Part shown: in pieces, positions 36,554-46,366 of the stretch | Numbering within the stretch: the stretch's first letter is position 1 | How the letters are laid out: the number at the start of each line of letters is the position of its first letter | Assembly: GCA_048939765.1 (NCBI GenBank) | Contig: JBHLPF010000018.1 | Span: 1-64,000, forward strand | Direction of reading: 5' to 3' | DNA: 64,000 bases | DNA from: Promethearchaeota archaeon | GTDB lineage: Archaea; Asgardarchaeota; Thorarchaeia; Thorarchaeales; Thorarchaeaceae | Notes under the pieces: model-generated | The model's input: the letters and a program-made list of their open reading frames with translations, nothing else | Told to the model about the DNA's origin: nothing | Databases searched by the model: none | Translations under genes and position numbers: made by a program

Positions 36554-38155
36554 TTGCTCAGCCTTCCAGAGAGGCCTACTTATATTGGTGCTTTGAAGAG
36601 ACTTACAAGAACAAAGGTGTCAATATTAGCAGTACTACCAAGTTCCATGCAAAAGAGAATTAGTGAGGCAGTTGGAGCAATTCGTGCCTCGAACAAAGTC
36701 CTCGCAGTTTCGCATATTGACGCCGATGGAATTAGTGCTCTCTCAATTGTCGTGAAAATGCTGGAGAGAGAGGGCAAGGATGTCGTTTGGCGAAACATCC
36801 ACCAACTGAACTCGGAAACTATCGTCGATGTTGAAGAGCTAATCAAAGAAAACAAGCCGGACCTCTTGGTTTTCAGCGATCTTGGAACGGGACAGATGGG
36901 GCTAATCCAAGAATCAATCGTCGCAAAGAGCAGTGTGCAACGAATAATCGTGCTTGATCATCATCTGCCGCATGAAGATCTTGAGATGGAGAGAAGTGTT
37001 GATTCAGTAATTGAGATCAATCCAAATAGGCACGAGCTCGACGGAGGATATGACATATCTGGAGCAGGGATTGCGTTCTTGGTAGCATATGCCCTATCTA
37101 ATGAAAATGTGGACCTCACAGAATTGGCAGTTGTAGGTGCAACAGGAGACCTGCAGGATTATTACGGCAAAGGATTCCAAGGAATAAACCAAGAGATTGT
37201 CCAGTTAGCAGAAAAATCGGGATACATCAAGGTAGGAAAGGACCTCACCTTCTTTGGCATTAATACGAGGCCTCTGCCCTATTTGCTTGAATATGCCACA
37301 GAACCATATCTACCGGGAATTACCGGAAATGAGGCAGCGTGTTACGGCGTCTTTGAACAGCTCAAGATTCCAGTGAAGGATCCTGATGACAATTGGCGGA
37401 TTTGGGCTGGATTGCCAAAATCGGAGAAGCAGGTAGTCATTCAATATCTTATTGACTATATCATTGAGGTCTACGGCGACCCAAGAATTGCAACAGGAAT
37501 AGTCGGGGACGTCATCACATTAATCGGTCGGCCGGAAGAGACTGAGATGCGTTCTGCAAAGGAATTCTCAACTCTTCTGAATGCTTGTGGCCGGAATAGA
37601 CAGCCACATGTTGGAGTCAAGATTTGCCTAGGGGATGAAGATGCATATCAAGAAGGTACGGCGCTTCTGCAGCAACATCGTGCGAATCTTGCAGCTGCTT
37701 TGAGAAGGCTGGAAGAAAATAAGTATAGTGAGATGGAGGGAATGTACGTCGTGAGGGACCCACTCACTTCTGATACAATCATTGGAATTGTCATAGGTAT
37801 GGCTCAAAGCTCTAGAATCGTGCCAATAGATAAGCCAATCATTGGAGTCAGTACTAACAGCACGGAAGAAAGCCAACTCATCAAGATATCAGGTCGGGCA
37901 AGACAGAGTCTAGTGAACAAAGGCATCAATCTCAAAGAATCATTTGTCCGCGTTGGTGAGCAAATTAGCAAGGCAGCAGGGAAGGAAGTTGTGGAGGCCG
38001 GCGGGCATCCAATGGCAGCTGGTGCATTTGTCCACGCGGACTACATCGATGATTATCTGGACTTGGTATCAATTGATCTTGTTCTTTCAAGAATCCTTCA
38101 AAGAAAAGATACTCTCATGAAGGAAATTGCAGAAAAAAGGCAGGAAGGGGGATAG
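36554..38155 (+). CDS. DHH family RecJ/Cdc45-like nuclease (GAN/HAN type)
   Basis: SHIDADG, SDLGTG, LDHH, GATGDLQ, EFSTLLNACGR and GGHPMAAGA motifs. True start is probably downstream (about 36647). Confidence 0.9.
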   Translation: MLSLPERPTYIGALKRLTRTKVSILAVLPSSMQKRISEAVGAIRASNKVLAVSHIDADGISALSIVVKMLEREGKDVVWRNIHQLNSETIVDVEELIKENKPDLLVFSDLGTGQMGLIQESIVAKSSVQRIIVLDHHLPHEDLEMERSVDSVIEINPNRHELDGGYDISGAGIAFLVAYALSNENVDLTELAVVGATGDLQDYYGKGFQGINQEIVQLAEKSGYIKVGKDLTFFGINTRPLPYLLEYATEPYLPGITGNEAACYGVFEQLKIPVKDPDDNWRIWAGLPKSEKQVVIQYLIDYIIEVYGDPRIATGIVGDVITLIGRPEETEMRSAKEFSTLLNACGRNRQPHVGVKICLGDEDAYQEGTALLQQHRANLAAALRRLEENKYSEMEGMYVVRDPLTSDTIIGIVIGMAQSSRIVPIDKPIIGVSTNSTEESQLIKISGRARQSLVNKGINLKESFVRVGEQISKAAGKEVVEAGGHPMAAGAFVHADYIDDYLDLVSIDLVLSRILQRKDTLMKEIAEKRQEGG

Positions 38156-38188
38156 GACCCCCTCTGGAGCGATTGCCGATTGCTGGAA

Positions 38189-38662
38189 CTAGTATTCCTC
38201 AGCGGTGAGTGAAGCTCCAATAATGCCTGGTACGAAAAGGAGTGCGAATGATACACCAAGGTCGATTGCTATGTTCCGTGCTAATGTAGCCATCGCATCT
38301 AGGTCGGTTGCAGAATAGCCCATGGTGAGAACTACATATCCAACAAAGAATAGACCGATTGCTATTAGAGAAACAAAAAGCATTCTCACGCCGCTCTTTG
38401 AAATCAGCCCGGCAATGAATCCAGCGACTCCGAGAGCAACAAGCGGTGTATAGATGCCGCTAATTGCGAAAGTGTATGGAAAGATGAGCTGTCCGAAAAG
38501 GACTCCGCCTTGGTATGCCACGATATCAGTGAGATCTGTGGACCCAATAATTGCCTGTAGGTCTGCAATTGTCAAACCAAGGATCTGAAAGACGCCAATT
38601 ACGATAGCAACAACCAGTGCAATCACAAGCGCCATAATAGTTCTGAACATTGTCGATAACAC
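38189..38662 (-). CDS. Membrane protein, unknown function
   Basis: Four to five TM helices. Confidence 0.75.
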   Translation of the reverse strand: MLSTMFRTIMALVIALVVAIVIGVFQILGLTIADLQAIIGSTDLTDIVAYQGGVLFGQLIFPYTFAISGIYTPLVALGVAGFIAGLISKSGVRMLFVSLIAIGLFFVGYVVLTMGYSATDLDAMATLARNIAIDLGVSFALLFVPGIIGASLTAEEY

Positions 38663-38764
38663 ATCCTATGTGGGTGAAGTAATAGGTACATTTAGCGTGG
38701 CGCATCTATGCTTTTATATTTCATGGACAATGACATTCACTGCTTATAACCAAAATTGAGAAGC

Positions 38765-39217
38765 TCACTCTTTTTGCGCCATGATCGAGGCGATATCGTT
38801 CATATTGTCCATCAATAATCCAAGAACTCGTGGAGGAATATCATACTCTCGAAGAGTTTCTGGTTCTATCCACATAGGCTGAGCATCCGGACTCTCAGCC
38901 CGTAGATTGGAAGTCAGCGCTTTGCATAGATAATGGTTGAGAATGAAGTGGAATTCAATAGCTCCTTCATCGTCCGGAATAATCAGGTCCGCGGTAGTCA
39001 CGAATTTGATGACTTCACAGTCTATTCCTGTTTCTTCACACACTTCCCTCACTACAGCTTCTTCCTGAGTTTCGCCCACGTCAACTCCGCCCCCTGGCAG
39101 ACTTAGACGCCCTTTGGCAGGTTCTTTGTCCCTTACAACAAGGAGTATTCCCTTGGGTCCTACCACAATTCCGCCAACGCCTGGAATAGGATACTTTGGA
39201 TATCGACGACCAGTCAA
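38765..39217 (-). CDS. NUDIX hydrolase (ADP-ribose pyrophosphatase-like)
   Basis: Nudix box LPGGGVDVGETQEEAVVREVCEETG. Confidence 0.92.
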   Translation of the reverse strand: MTGRRYPKYPIPGVGGIVVGPKGILLVVRDKEPAKGRLSLPGGGVDVGETQEEAVVREVCEETGIDCEVIKFVTTADLIIPDDEGAIEFHFILNHYLCKALTSNLRAESPDAQPMWIEPETLREYDIPPRVLGLLMDNMNDIASIMAQKE

Positions 39218-39242
39218 GAGTTACACCTCATATGCGAATACC

Positions 39243-40403
39243 CTAGAACTCTGCCAGACCGGCAGGCATCAGAATTGCTTCACCGCATCTCTGACAAATC
39301 TGTTTTGCATAGATGTCAAATCCCACGGTCGCGTCATATGGAAGTCGGACTTCATAGCCACATGCATTGCAGAGAATCTTAACATATTCACGTAATTCAA
39401 ACGAAACTCGCCAAGCATTTCTAGAATACTCCAGCATCCCCATTCGGTCATAATGCTTTGCGAGAGCGACCCAGGGAGCCGCAGACGTGGGATCTACACG
39501 GGTCCATTCTATAAGGCAATTAACAAACTCTTCATCACGCCCAATCATGGACAACGCATAACATAAACCACGCCAGCCTTCGGGAGCTGAACTGACCAGG
39601 GATTCCGCACGCTCCAAATAATCATCACAAGTGGCTCTATCAAGTAAATGATTGTAGAGGATTGCTAAGCGAGACAATGCTTCCACATTATCTGGATCTT
39701 GCTCCAAGACCTTCTGGAAACACTCCCTGGCACCCTCATGCTCTCCTGACTGAAATCGCAATTCTCCTAGAAGTATCAAGGACCTATAGTCCTCTGGCGC
39801 TAGCATATTCGCCCGTCCAACAAAAGGCGCCGCTTCATAGGAGCGACCTAGAGTGAGCATGAGGAAAGCGTAGTTCGAGATTGCCGACATGAACTCGGGC
39901 TCTTGGCGATGCATCTGTGCCCACTGTTCTGCGGCAGCAGTGAAGTCGCCTAATCTGTAGAGCGAGAGTGCAAATATCGCTCGGACATCAAGGTCCTCAG
40001 GGAAGGTTTCACAGGCCGAGGCCAATGTCTTGACAGTCTTGGCATATTCGCCTTTCTTATAGAGAATCCATCCAAGGTCAGCATAAGGCTCAGGAGTCTC
40101 CGGATCGAGAGAGATTGATCTATTCAACTCGTTTTCAGCGTCGTCAAATCGTGCAAGTGCCCGGTAGGCGCGACCCAGAAACATCGAGAGTACACAGTGC
40201 TCTTCGACAAGATCATCAGCTCTCTCAAGTACTTCAACTGCTTTTCGCGGCTGCTCGGTTTGAACATAAGCAATGCCAAGATACATGAGAATATCTGCTT
40301 CATTATCAGAAGCTTCATCAACCAATGGTTCCAGTATCGAGATAGCATCATTGGGCCGTCCTTCCTCCAAGGCGTCCAGTGCGAGCTTGATACTTTCATC
40401 CAT
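39243..40403 (-). CDS. TPR-repeat protein with C-terminal Zn ribbon
   Basis: About 9-10 TPR-like units; terminal CNAC...CQRC. Likely start is the ATG at 40403. Confidence 0.85.
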   Translation of the reverse strand: MDESIKLALDALEEGRPNDAISILEPLVDEASDNEADILMYLGIAYVQTEQPRKAVEVLERADDLVEEHCVLSMFLGRAYRALARFDDAENELNRSISLDPETPEPYADLGWILYKKGEYAKTVKTLASACETFPEDLDVRAIFALSLYRLGDFTAAAEQWAQMHRQEPEFMSAISNYAFLMLTLGRSYEAAPFVGRANMLAPEDYRSLILLGELRFQSGEHEGARECFQKVLEQDPDNVEALSRLAILYNHLLDRATCDDYLERAESLVSSAPEGWRGLCYALSMIGRDEEFVNCLIEWTRVDPTSAAPWVALAKHYDRMGMLEYSRNAWRVSFELREYVKILCNACGYEVRLPYDATVGFDIYAKQICQRCGEAILMPAGLAEF

Positions 40404-40498
40404 CAACTCATGATCACCAGTCAAATTTGGCAATGAGCTCTAACATTCGCAGTGGCTCATATCATATTATAAGAACCTCTGGATATGGCAATTTAACG

Positions 40499-41374
40499 AT
40501 GGACGAGCACGAAAATTCCACTCCATTCTCGATATTGCATGCTGCTGGACTCTTGAGTCAGAGGTCTAGGCTCTCCAAGTTTGAACAGGCGTTGCAGCAG
40601 ACTGTCACAGAAGAGTCGTATGTTGTGGATCTTGGCACTGGCACTGGAGTGTTAGCCATGCTGGCGGCTAAGGCTGGTGCTCGAAAAGTCACTGCCATAG
40701 AGATAGATAGATTCTCAGCTAAATACGCCACACAAGCCATCAAAGAAAATGGGTTAGACGACATTGTTGAGGTGGTCAGAAGCCACTACACAGATTTCAG
40801 GCCCGATGAACGAGCAGATATTGTCACATGCGAGATGCTCTCTTCAGTTATGCTTGTTGAACCGCAGATACCCGCTAGTCAATGGGCCGTTCATAACATA
40901 CTAAAGGAGCAGGGCATTCTCCTGCCACGAAGTGTGACTGTCTACGCAACGCCCGTACAATGCTCTGACATTTGGGAGAGATTCCAGAGCTGTGGCTTCG
41001 AATTCCCCAAAGTCCCTCAGACAATGGAGAGAGACCCTTCAGGAGACCTTGCCAATCTCACTGTATTGGAGGAGTTCGACTTCCAGATCCAAAAGAGTGA
41101 ATGGAACGTTGACAAGAAGCTTGAATTCGTGGCTCTGAAGAATGGCATTGTTCATGGGCTTGTTGGAATGTTTGAAGCTACGCTTATGGACAAAATAAAA
41201 CTGACAATGGAGGATGGCTGGAGAGACCTCTTTCTTCCTCTGGATAATCCAGTGAGTGTTTCTGAAGGCGATATTCTCGGTTTTGAAGTGAGATACTCTC
41301 CTGCTGTGGTTGATTCGCTCAGACTGCGTTGCCAGGTAATAGAATCAGAGAATGGGATTAAGTATCAGCAATGA
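40499..41374 (+). CDS. SAM-dependent methyltransferase with protein arginine methyltransferase (PRMT)-like architecture
   Basis: VVDLGTGTGVLAM, VTAIE, double-E loop EMLSSVMLVE, LKEQGILLP, then beta-barrel motifs VHGLVGMF and W..LFLPL..P. Likely start is the ATG at 40499. Confidence 0.8.
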   Translation: MDEHENSTPFSILHAAGLLSQRSRLSKFEQALQQTVTEESYVVDLGTGTGVLAMLAAKAGARKVTAIEIDRFSAKYATQAIKENGLDDIVEVVRSHYTDFRPDERADIVTCEMLSSVMLVEPQIPASQWAVHNILKEQGILLPRSVTVYATPVQCSDIWERFQSCGFEFPKVPQTMERDPSGDLANLTVLEEFDFQIQKSEWNVDKKLEFVALKNGIVHGLVGMFEATLMDKIKLTMEDGWRDLFLPLDNPVSVSEGDILGFEVRYSPAVVDSLRLRCQVIESENGIKYQQ

Positions 41375-41972
41375 AAGTGCCAGGCGGATAGACTTTGAAA
41401 AACTCCTCCCGAGTAATGTCCATGATTAGAAGATCTTCATACCTGCCCTCACGAAACTCTGTGTTCCTCAAGAGTCCAACATCTTTGAAGCCAACCTTCA
41501 CATAGGCACGATGAGCTTCTGTGTTATCCGGGAAAGTATCTAGGTAGATGCTCTCAAGGCCAAGGATGTGGAATCCGATCCATAGCATTACTCGCGTGGC
41601 ATCAGTTCCATAGCCCTTTGAGCGGTCCTTGGGGTCGTGAATGGAAATACTGAATTCTGCTCTTCGATGGGGGAAGGCTATGTCTCTTAGACCAATTGTG
41701 CCTAGGAATTTGCTTGTCTTCTTCTCAACAATAGCGAAGTTAAGCTCGCCATCCTTCCAAGGATTAGCCTTGGTCGCAAACTCAAGCCACTCACGTCGGG
41801 ATCCTGGAAGTGGGACCCCAATGGTCCTTCGGAGCTCCCAGCTGTTCCAGTGCTCCTCGATTGCAGTGAGATCAGACATCTCCAAAGCTCTCAAAGTAAC
41901 GAGATTACCATCATACATATTATGGAAATCAAGGCTGAACAGATAAAGGTCACCCCAAGAGGACTGAGTCAA
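41358..41972 (-). CDS. GNAT acetyltransferase, RimJ/RimL family
   Basis: VTLRALE..DL, RSKGYGTDA, N..A...Y.KVGF..VG.LR motifs. Confidence 0.9.
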   Translation of the reverse strand: MTQSSWGDLYLFSLDFHNMYDGNLVTLRALEMSDLTAIEEHWNSWELRRTIGVPLPGSRREWLEFATKANPWKDGELNFAIVEKKTSKFLGTIGLRDIAFPHRRAEFSISIHDPKDRSKGYGTDATRVMLWIGFHILGLESIYLDTFPDNTEAHRAYVKVGFKDVGLLRNTEFREGRYEDLLIMDITREEFFKVYPPGTFIADT

Positions 41973-42028
41973 TAGCTAATCTCGGAAGGGGCATACTTTT
42001 ATCATGTATTTGCAGGCCGATTGACTGG

Positions 42029-42712
42029 TTGGTGTTTACTATGGAACTCAAGGGCCCCTTATGTTACATTCTTGATTGGGATGATATCTATAGCTACGCA
42101 TATCAGACTTCTTTGAAGATTAAGGAGTCTGGCTGGCAACCAGATGCAGTTGTTGGAATTGCCCGAGGTGGCTGGGTACATGCCAGAATCCAGTGTGACT
42201 TCTTGGGAGTCAAGGACCTCTACAGTGTCAAGGTCGATCATTGGGGAGTGACAGCAACAAAGGATGGAAAGGCGAAACTCTCAGTTCCACTTGTCGGGAA
42301 GGTAGATGGCAAGAAAGTCCTCGTTGTGGATGATATTACAGATACTGGCCAGAGCCTCACAATGGCTGTAGATCACATCAAAGAAAAGGGAAATCCTGCT
42401 GATGTGAGGACAGCAGCCCTCATGCACATTGATGGTTCAAAGTTCATACCAGATTACTATGGAGTAGAGATTACTTGGGCCTGGGAAATCTGGCCTTGGA
42501 ACTTCTATGAAGACATCTCATCACTAATCGCCAAAATCTTTGAGGGCGAAGACGCGAAGGAGATGACCACAGCAGAACTCAAGAAACATCTTAGAGAATA
42601 CAACAATGTGGTTCTATCGGACGACCAGCTATCTAAGATCAAAGCGCATCTTGGTTTTCTGGGGAAGATAGTCTACCCTCTAGACAAAGTCTGGAAGCTA
42701 ACGGAGGCGTGA
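42029..42712 (+). CDS. Purine phosphoribosyltransferase (type I PRT)
   Basis: GIARGG, VLVVDDITDTGQS and W..WPW motifs. Confidence 0.92.
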   Translation: MVFTMELKGPLCYILDWDDIYSYAYQTSLKIKESGWQPDAVVGIARGGWVHARIQCDFLGVKDLYSVKVDHWGVTATKDGKAKLSVPLVGKVDGKKVLVVDDITDTGQSLTMAVDHIKEKGNPADVRTAALMHIDGSKFIPDYYGVEITWAWEIWPWNFYEDISSLIAKIFEGEDAKEMTTAELKKHLREYNNVVLSDDQLSKIKAHLGFLGKIVYPLDKVWKLTEA

Positions 42713-43578
42713 AGAATATGGCCTTCGAAGCTAATCTTGAATATGTACCAGTTGACCGCACTCAGAAGGAAGAGATAGAGAGCCTACTTCCAATTGAGAT
42801 TGGGATGTTTGGCGGCAGTGGCAACTATGACCCTACAGTCATTGAGAATCCCATGGAAGTCAAGGTGTTCACTCCATATGGCAAAGCCTCAGACAACTAT
42901 ATTGTTGGAAAAGCAAAGGGACGCTCCTTTGTCTTTCTGGCAAGGCATGGTAGAGGGCACACAATTCCACCTCATGCGATCAACTATCAGGCCAATATTT
43001 GGGGCCTCAAAGCTCTTGGTGTCACAAGGATAATCAGTCCTGCCGCGTGTGGGAGCCTGCAACCGGATAAAGTGAAACTTGGCGAATTCGTGATTGCGGA
43101 CTCAATCTTCGACAGGACTTTCGGAAGGCGAAAAGACACATTCTTTGAAGGTGGGCCTATCGCGCACCTACCATTTGCGGAGCCTTTCTGTCCAGAACTT
43201 CGAAAGGTTGCAGTAGACACAGCTGGGAAGCTGAAGTATAAAATACATGACAAGGGAACTTATGTCTGCATCAACGGACCTCGATTCTCCACAAGAGCTG
43301 AATCAATGTTCTATCACAATCAGGGATGGGAGGTCATTGGAATGACCGCATATCCAGAAGCAGCCCTTGCAATGGAAGCAGGAATATGCTTCGTAAATGT
43401 GAGCATGCCCACGGACTATGATGTCCATGGTGAAGAAGTCGTCACGCACGAGGCGGTACTGAAGACCATGGCAGACAACGTTGATCGTGTGAGAAAGCTC
43501 ACTTTTGAGATGATTGATAATATCCCAAAGGACGCAGGATGTGACTGTCAGACCAAGATGAAAGGCGGTCTGTTCTGA
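42709..43578 (+). CDS. mtnP: S-methyl-5'-thioadenosine phosphorylase
   Basis: GGSG, RHGRGH.IPPH.INY.ANI, GPRFSTRAES, GMT..PEA and TDYD motifs. Confidence 0.92.
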   Translation: MKNMAFEANLEYVPVDRTQKEEIESLLPIEIGMFGGSGNYDPTVIENPMEVKVFTPYGKASDNYIVGKAKGRSFVFLARHGRGHTIPPHAINYQANIWGLKALGVTRIISPAACGSLQPDKVKLGEFVIADSIFDRTFGRRKDTFFEGGPIAHLPFAEPFCPELRKVAVDTAGKLKYKIHDKGTYVCINGPRFSTRAESMFYHNQGWEVIGMTAYPEAALAMEAGICFVNVSMPTDYDVHGEEVVTHEAVLKTMADNVDRVRKLTFEMIDNIPKDAGCDCQTKMKGGLF

Positions 43579-43658
43579 AAATAAACAAGAGGCATGAGCC
43601 CTCTCAGAAACCCGAACACTTAGTCTACTAGGCACGAGAAAAGGCAGACATGCATATA

Positions 43659-43739
43659 CTACCAGTCATCGTCGTCTTCCCACTCATCATCTTCCCAGTC
43701 CTCTTCGGTGTCATACCAATCATCATCATCGAAGAACAC
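43659..43739 (-). CDS. Putative 26-aa acidic, Trp-rich microprotein (not in the ORF track)
   Basis: GTG start 6 nt after GAGGTG; translates as MFFDDDDWYDTEEDWEDDEWEDDDDW*. Mixed GAT/GAC and GAA/GAG codons. Confidence 0.65.
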   Translation of the reverse strand: MFFDDDDWYDTEEDWEDDEWEDDDDW

Positions 43740-43819
43740 TGAGTTCACCTCTGCATTCGTTTAGAGGTCCAGACCAAGAAAAGGCTTACTGGCCGACCCT
43801 ACCGAAGCAGTGATAGCAT

Positions 43820-44653
43820 ATGACTCGGCATGAAAAATCAGGTGCCATTATGCCAGTTAGAATAGGTGTTGGTCAGATGGAGCCTATCATTGGCAACGCG
43901 GAAGGTAATCTGACCAAGGTGAACGATATTCTTGCTTCCGCATCCGACAACAAGGTCGATGTTCTTGTCCTGCCCGAGCTGGTCAATTCGGGCTATGTTT
44001 TTTCCAGTCGCGAGGAAGCAGATTCTCTCTCGGAAAGCATCCCAGAGGGAAACTTCTCAAGACATCTTTTGGAGTGGTCGAGGGGAGGAAGACTAGCCGT
44101 CGCAGGACTATGCGAAAACACAGATGGGGGTCTCTACAACTCTGCGGCAATCTTTGGTGGTGGCAAACATCTCACCACCTATCGTAAGATTCAGCTGTTC
44201 GATAAGGAGAAGGACTGGTTTCTTCCAGGAAATGAAGAGCCGCCAGTCATTGAGCATAACGGGTATCGTTTTGGAGTAATGATATGTTTTGACTGGGCAT
44301 TCCCTGAGATTTCCAGGATACTGGCCATCAAAGGAGCTCAGATTATTCTCCATCCTGCGAACCTCGTCCTGCCTTTCTGCCCAGATGCAATGATCACAAG
44401 ATCAATTGAGAACCGCGTGTTCACTGCCACATCAGGACGGATAGGGGAGGAACGAGCCGTGCGTTTCATTGGCGGCTCACAAATCACTACACCGAAAGGG
44501 CAAGTCCTTCTTAGAATGGATGAAGGACAAAGCGGTCTATATTGGGCTGATGTGGACCTTACCGAAGCAGATGATAAGACTGTGACTGCTCGCAATGATG
44601 CAATGGGTGATAGGCGTCCAGACCTCTACAAACGAATTACTGAGAGCCCCTAG
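43820..44653 (+). CDS. Nitrilase-superfamily carbon-nitrogen hydrolase
   Basis: Catalytic E-K-C triad in LPEL, YRK and MICFD. Likely start 43850. Confidence 0.92.
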   Translation: MTRHEKSGAIMPVRIGVGQMEPIIGNAEGNLTKVNDILASASDNKVDVLVLPELVNSGYVFSSREEADSLSESIPEGNFSRHLLEWSRGGRLAVAGLCENTDGGLYNSAAIFGGGKHLTTYRKIQLFDKEKDWFLPGNEEPPVIEHNGYRFGVMICFDWAFPEISRILAIKGAQIILHPANLVLPFCPDAMITRSIENRVFTATSGRIGEERAVRFIGGSQITTPKGQVLLRMDEGQSGLYWADVDLTEADDKTVTARNDAMGDRRPDLYKRITESP

Positions 44654-45008
44654 TCTTACTCGGTATTCGCGAATGCCATTTGTCTGAAGGGTATTTCTTC
44701 TCATTTTCTTTCATCTTCCTCAGAATGGCATCAGAAGGACTGATTCCAGTAACATCTGCAAGCCTCAGTATGTAGATCATAACATCCGCTATCTCTGAAG
44801 CAAGCTTGGAACGATAGGCTTCATCTTTGAGATAGCCGTCAATCTCTTCATCATCGAGCCATTGGAAGAGTTCCAGCAATTCCCCAATCTCAATGGATGC
44901 CGAAACTGCCAACGACGCAGGCTTTTGATACTTCTCCCATCCACGTTCTTCAACGAATTCGCGGATTCGCAGGACAAGGTATTCTAGTGAGCGCATATCC
45001 TGGCTCAC
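44637..45008 (-). CDS. MazG-like nucleotide pyrophosphohydrolase (dCTPase-like)
   Basis: F..ERGW..Y..P..L, EIGELLELFQW, EIADV and KM..N..KYP motifs. Confidence 0.9.
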   Translation of the reverse strand: MSQDMRSLEYLVLRIREFVEERGWEKYQKPASLAVSASIEIGELLELFQWLDDEEIDGYLKDEAYRSKLASEIADVMIYILRLADVTGISPSDAILRKMKENEKKYPSDKWHSRIPSKTRGSQ

Positions 45009-45018
45009 TCGCCAACAC

Positions 45019-45576
45019 CTAATCCTCAGTTTCGGGTGCCATGAACTGACTACGCATAATCCACAAAGTGTAGATCAGAAACACCTCAACCACGATGAAA
45101 AGAACCACCAGGGGCGTTTGTAGGGCAGGAATGAATGAGTAGCCAGTTAATGCCCATGCAATAGTGTCAATGAATCCGACGACCAGACTTACAATCGAGA
45201 TTATTATGAATAGCATACCTATGAAGCGAATTCTAGTGCTAGAGGCTATCCATGCCTTCAGCGAGTAGATAATTGCAACAACGCCCAATATGCTAAGTGC
45301 GTATAGTGCAATTATGTGATACAACCATGTGAACCAGATAACTTCGGGCCAAGGTAGAATAATGGCAAAGCCAACTAGAATCAGAATGAATGCAGTCTTT
45401 GGCCAAGGATCCTCCAAGAAATTCGTAAATCGAGACTTCCGCTGTTGCATGAAGACGCGTTCAACCTCTTCAGGGAAACCCTCTTCATCCTCATAGTAAT
45501 CGTCGTCATCCTCGTAGTCCTCTTCATCATCAGACTCGTCATACTCATCCTCGGAATCGAAATCTTCACCTGGCAT
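45019..45576 (-). CDS. Four-TM membrane protein with a highly acidic N-terminus
   Basis: About 35 aa D/E/Y tract followed by four TM helices. Confidence 0.75.
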   Translation of the reverse strand: MPGEDFDSEDEYDESDDEEDYEDDDDYYEDEEGFPEEVERVFMQQRKSRFTNFLEDPWPKTAFILILVGFAIILPWPEVIWFTWLYHIIALYALSILGVVAIIYSLKAWIASSTRIRFIGMLFIIISIVSLVVGFIDTIAWALTGYSFIPALQTPLVVLFIVVEVFLIYTLWIMRSQFMAPETED

Positions 45577-45722
45577 TTTATTCCCTCACGGGTTGAGTGG
45601 ACTGTCGTGGTTGCGTGTGAGTTAAAACAGTTGTTGTTTGTGGTTCCAGGATTCGAGGGTTGTCATTCTATTCACTGTCCACAGGAAATACCATTAAAAC
45701 ATGAAGATTCGGGAGAAGGTGT

Positions 45723-46301
45723 ATGTCATCTAGTGCGGAACTCCTAGACAACGCAAGAGCGTTGCGTCAGCAGGGAGAATACCAGAAAGCACTGGATGCA
45801 TACAGACAGGTAATAGAACTGGACAACTCAAACCTCGATGCGTTGAATGAGATGGGGCTCGTCCACATTCTCATAGGGGAACAAACATTCGCAATAAATG
45901 CCTTTGATCTTGCCATCTGTATTGATCCCACTGACTCTAGAGCCTATAGTCACAAGGCAGAAGCATTTCTGACTCTGAGTCAGTTTCAGGAAGCCTTGGC
46001 AGCCGCAGAACAAGGACTTGTAGAAGCACCTGAGGACCCTAATCTCTGGGCGAAGAAAGCGCGGGCTCTTGAAAGCGTAATGAGAATCGACGATGCTATA
46101 GCGGCATACAATGAATCAATCAAGTACGACTCGGAAAATCCTGCAACTTGGAAGGCACTTGCACTCTGTCTTGATGCTCAAGAAAAGTGGTCAGAAGTTG
46201 CTCGCGCGTACAGGATAGCAGGAGCACTCCATGAGAAGCGAGGCGAAGCTCAGGACGCAGAGAGCTGTTTCAAGTTCGCTGAGTTCGCAGAGAAGTCATG
46301 A
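45723..46301 (+). CDS. TPR-repeat protein
   Basis: About five TPR units. Confidence 0.88.
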   Translation: MSSSAELLDNARALRQQGEYQKALDAYRQVIELDNSNLDALNEMGLVHILIGEQTFAINAFDLAICIDPTDSRAYSHKAEAFLTLSQFQEALAAAEQGLVEAPEDPNLWAKKARALESVMRIDDAIAAYNESIKYDSENPATWKALALCLDAQEKWSEVARAYRIAGALHEKRGEAQDAESCFKFAEFAEKS

Positions 46302-46366
46302 AAAGAGATGAACATGGTCTCGCTCCCTGCGATATGCAGAGCGGAGAGACCAGTTCTCTTCGGATT

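Noticed and set aside
43659-43739. Simple (TCA/TCG)n microsatellite
   Set aside because: The periodicity is explained by Asp/Glu codons in one frame with an SD, start and stop, so it was kept as a microprotein.
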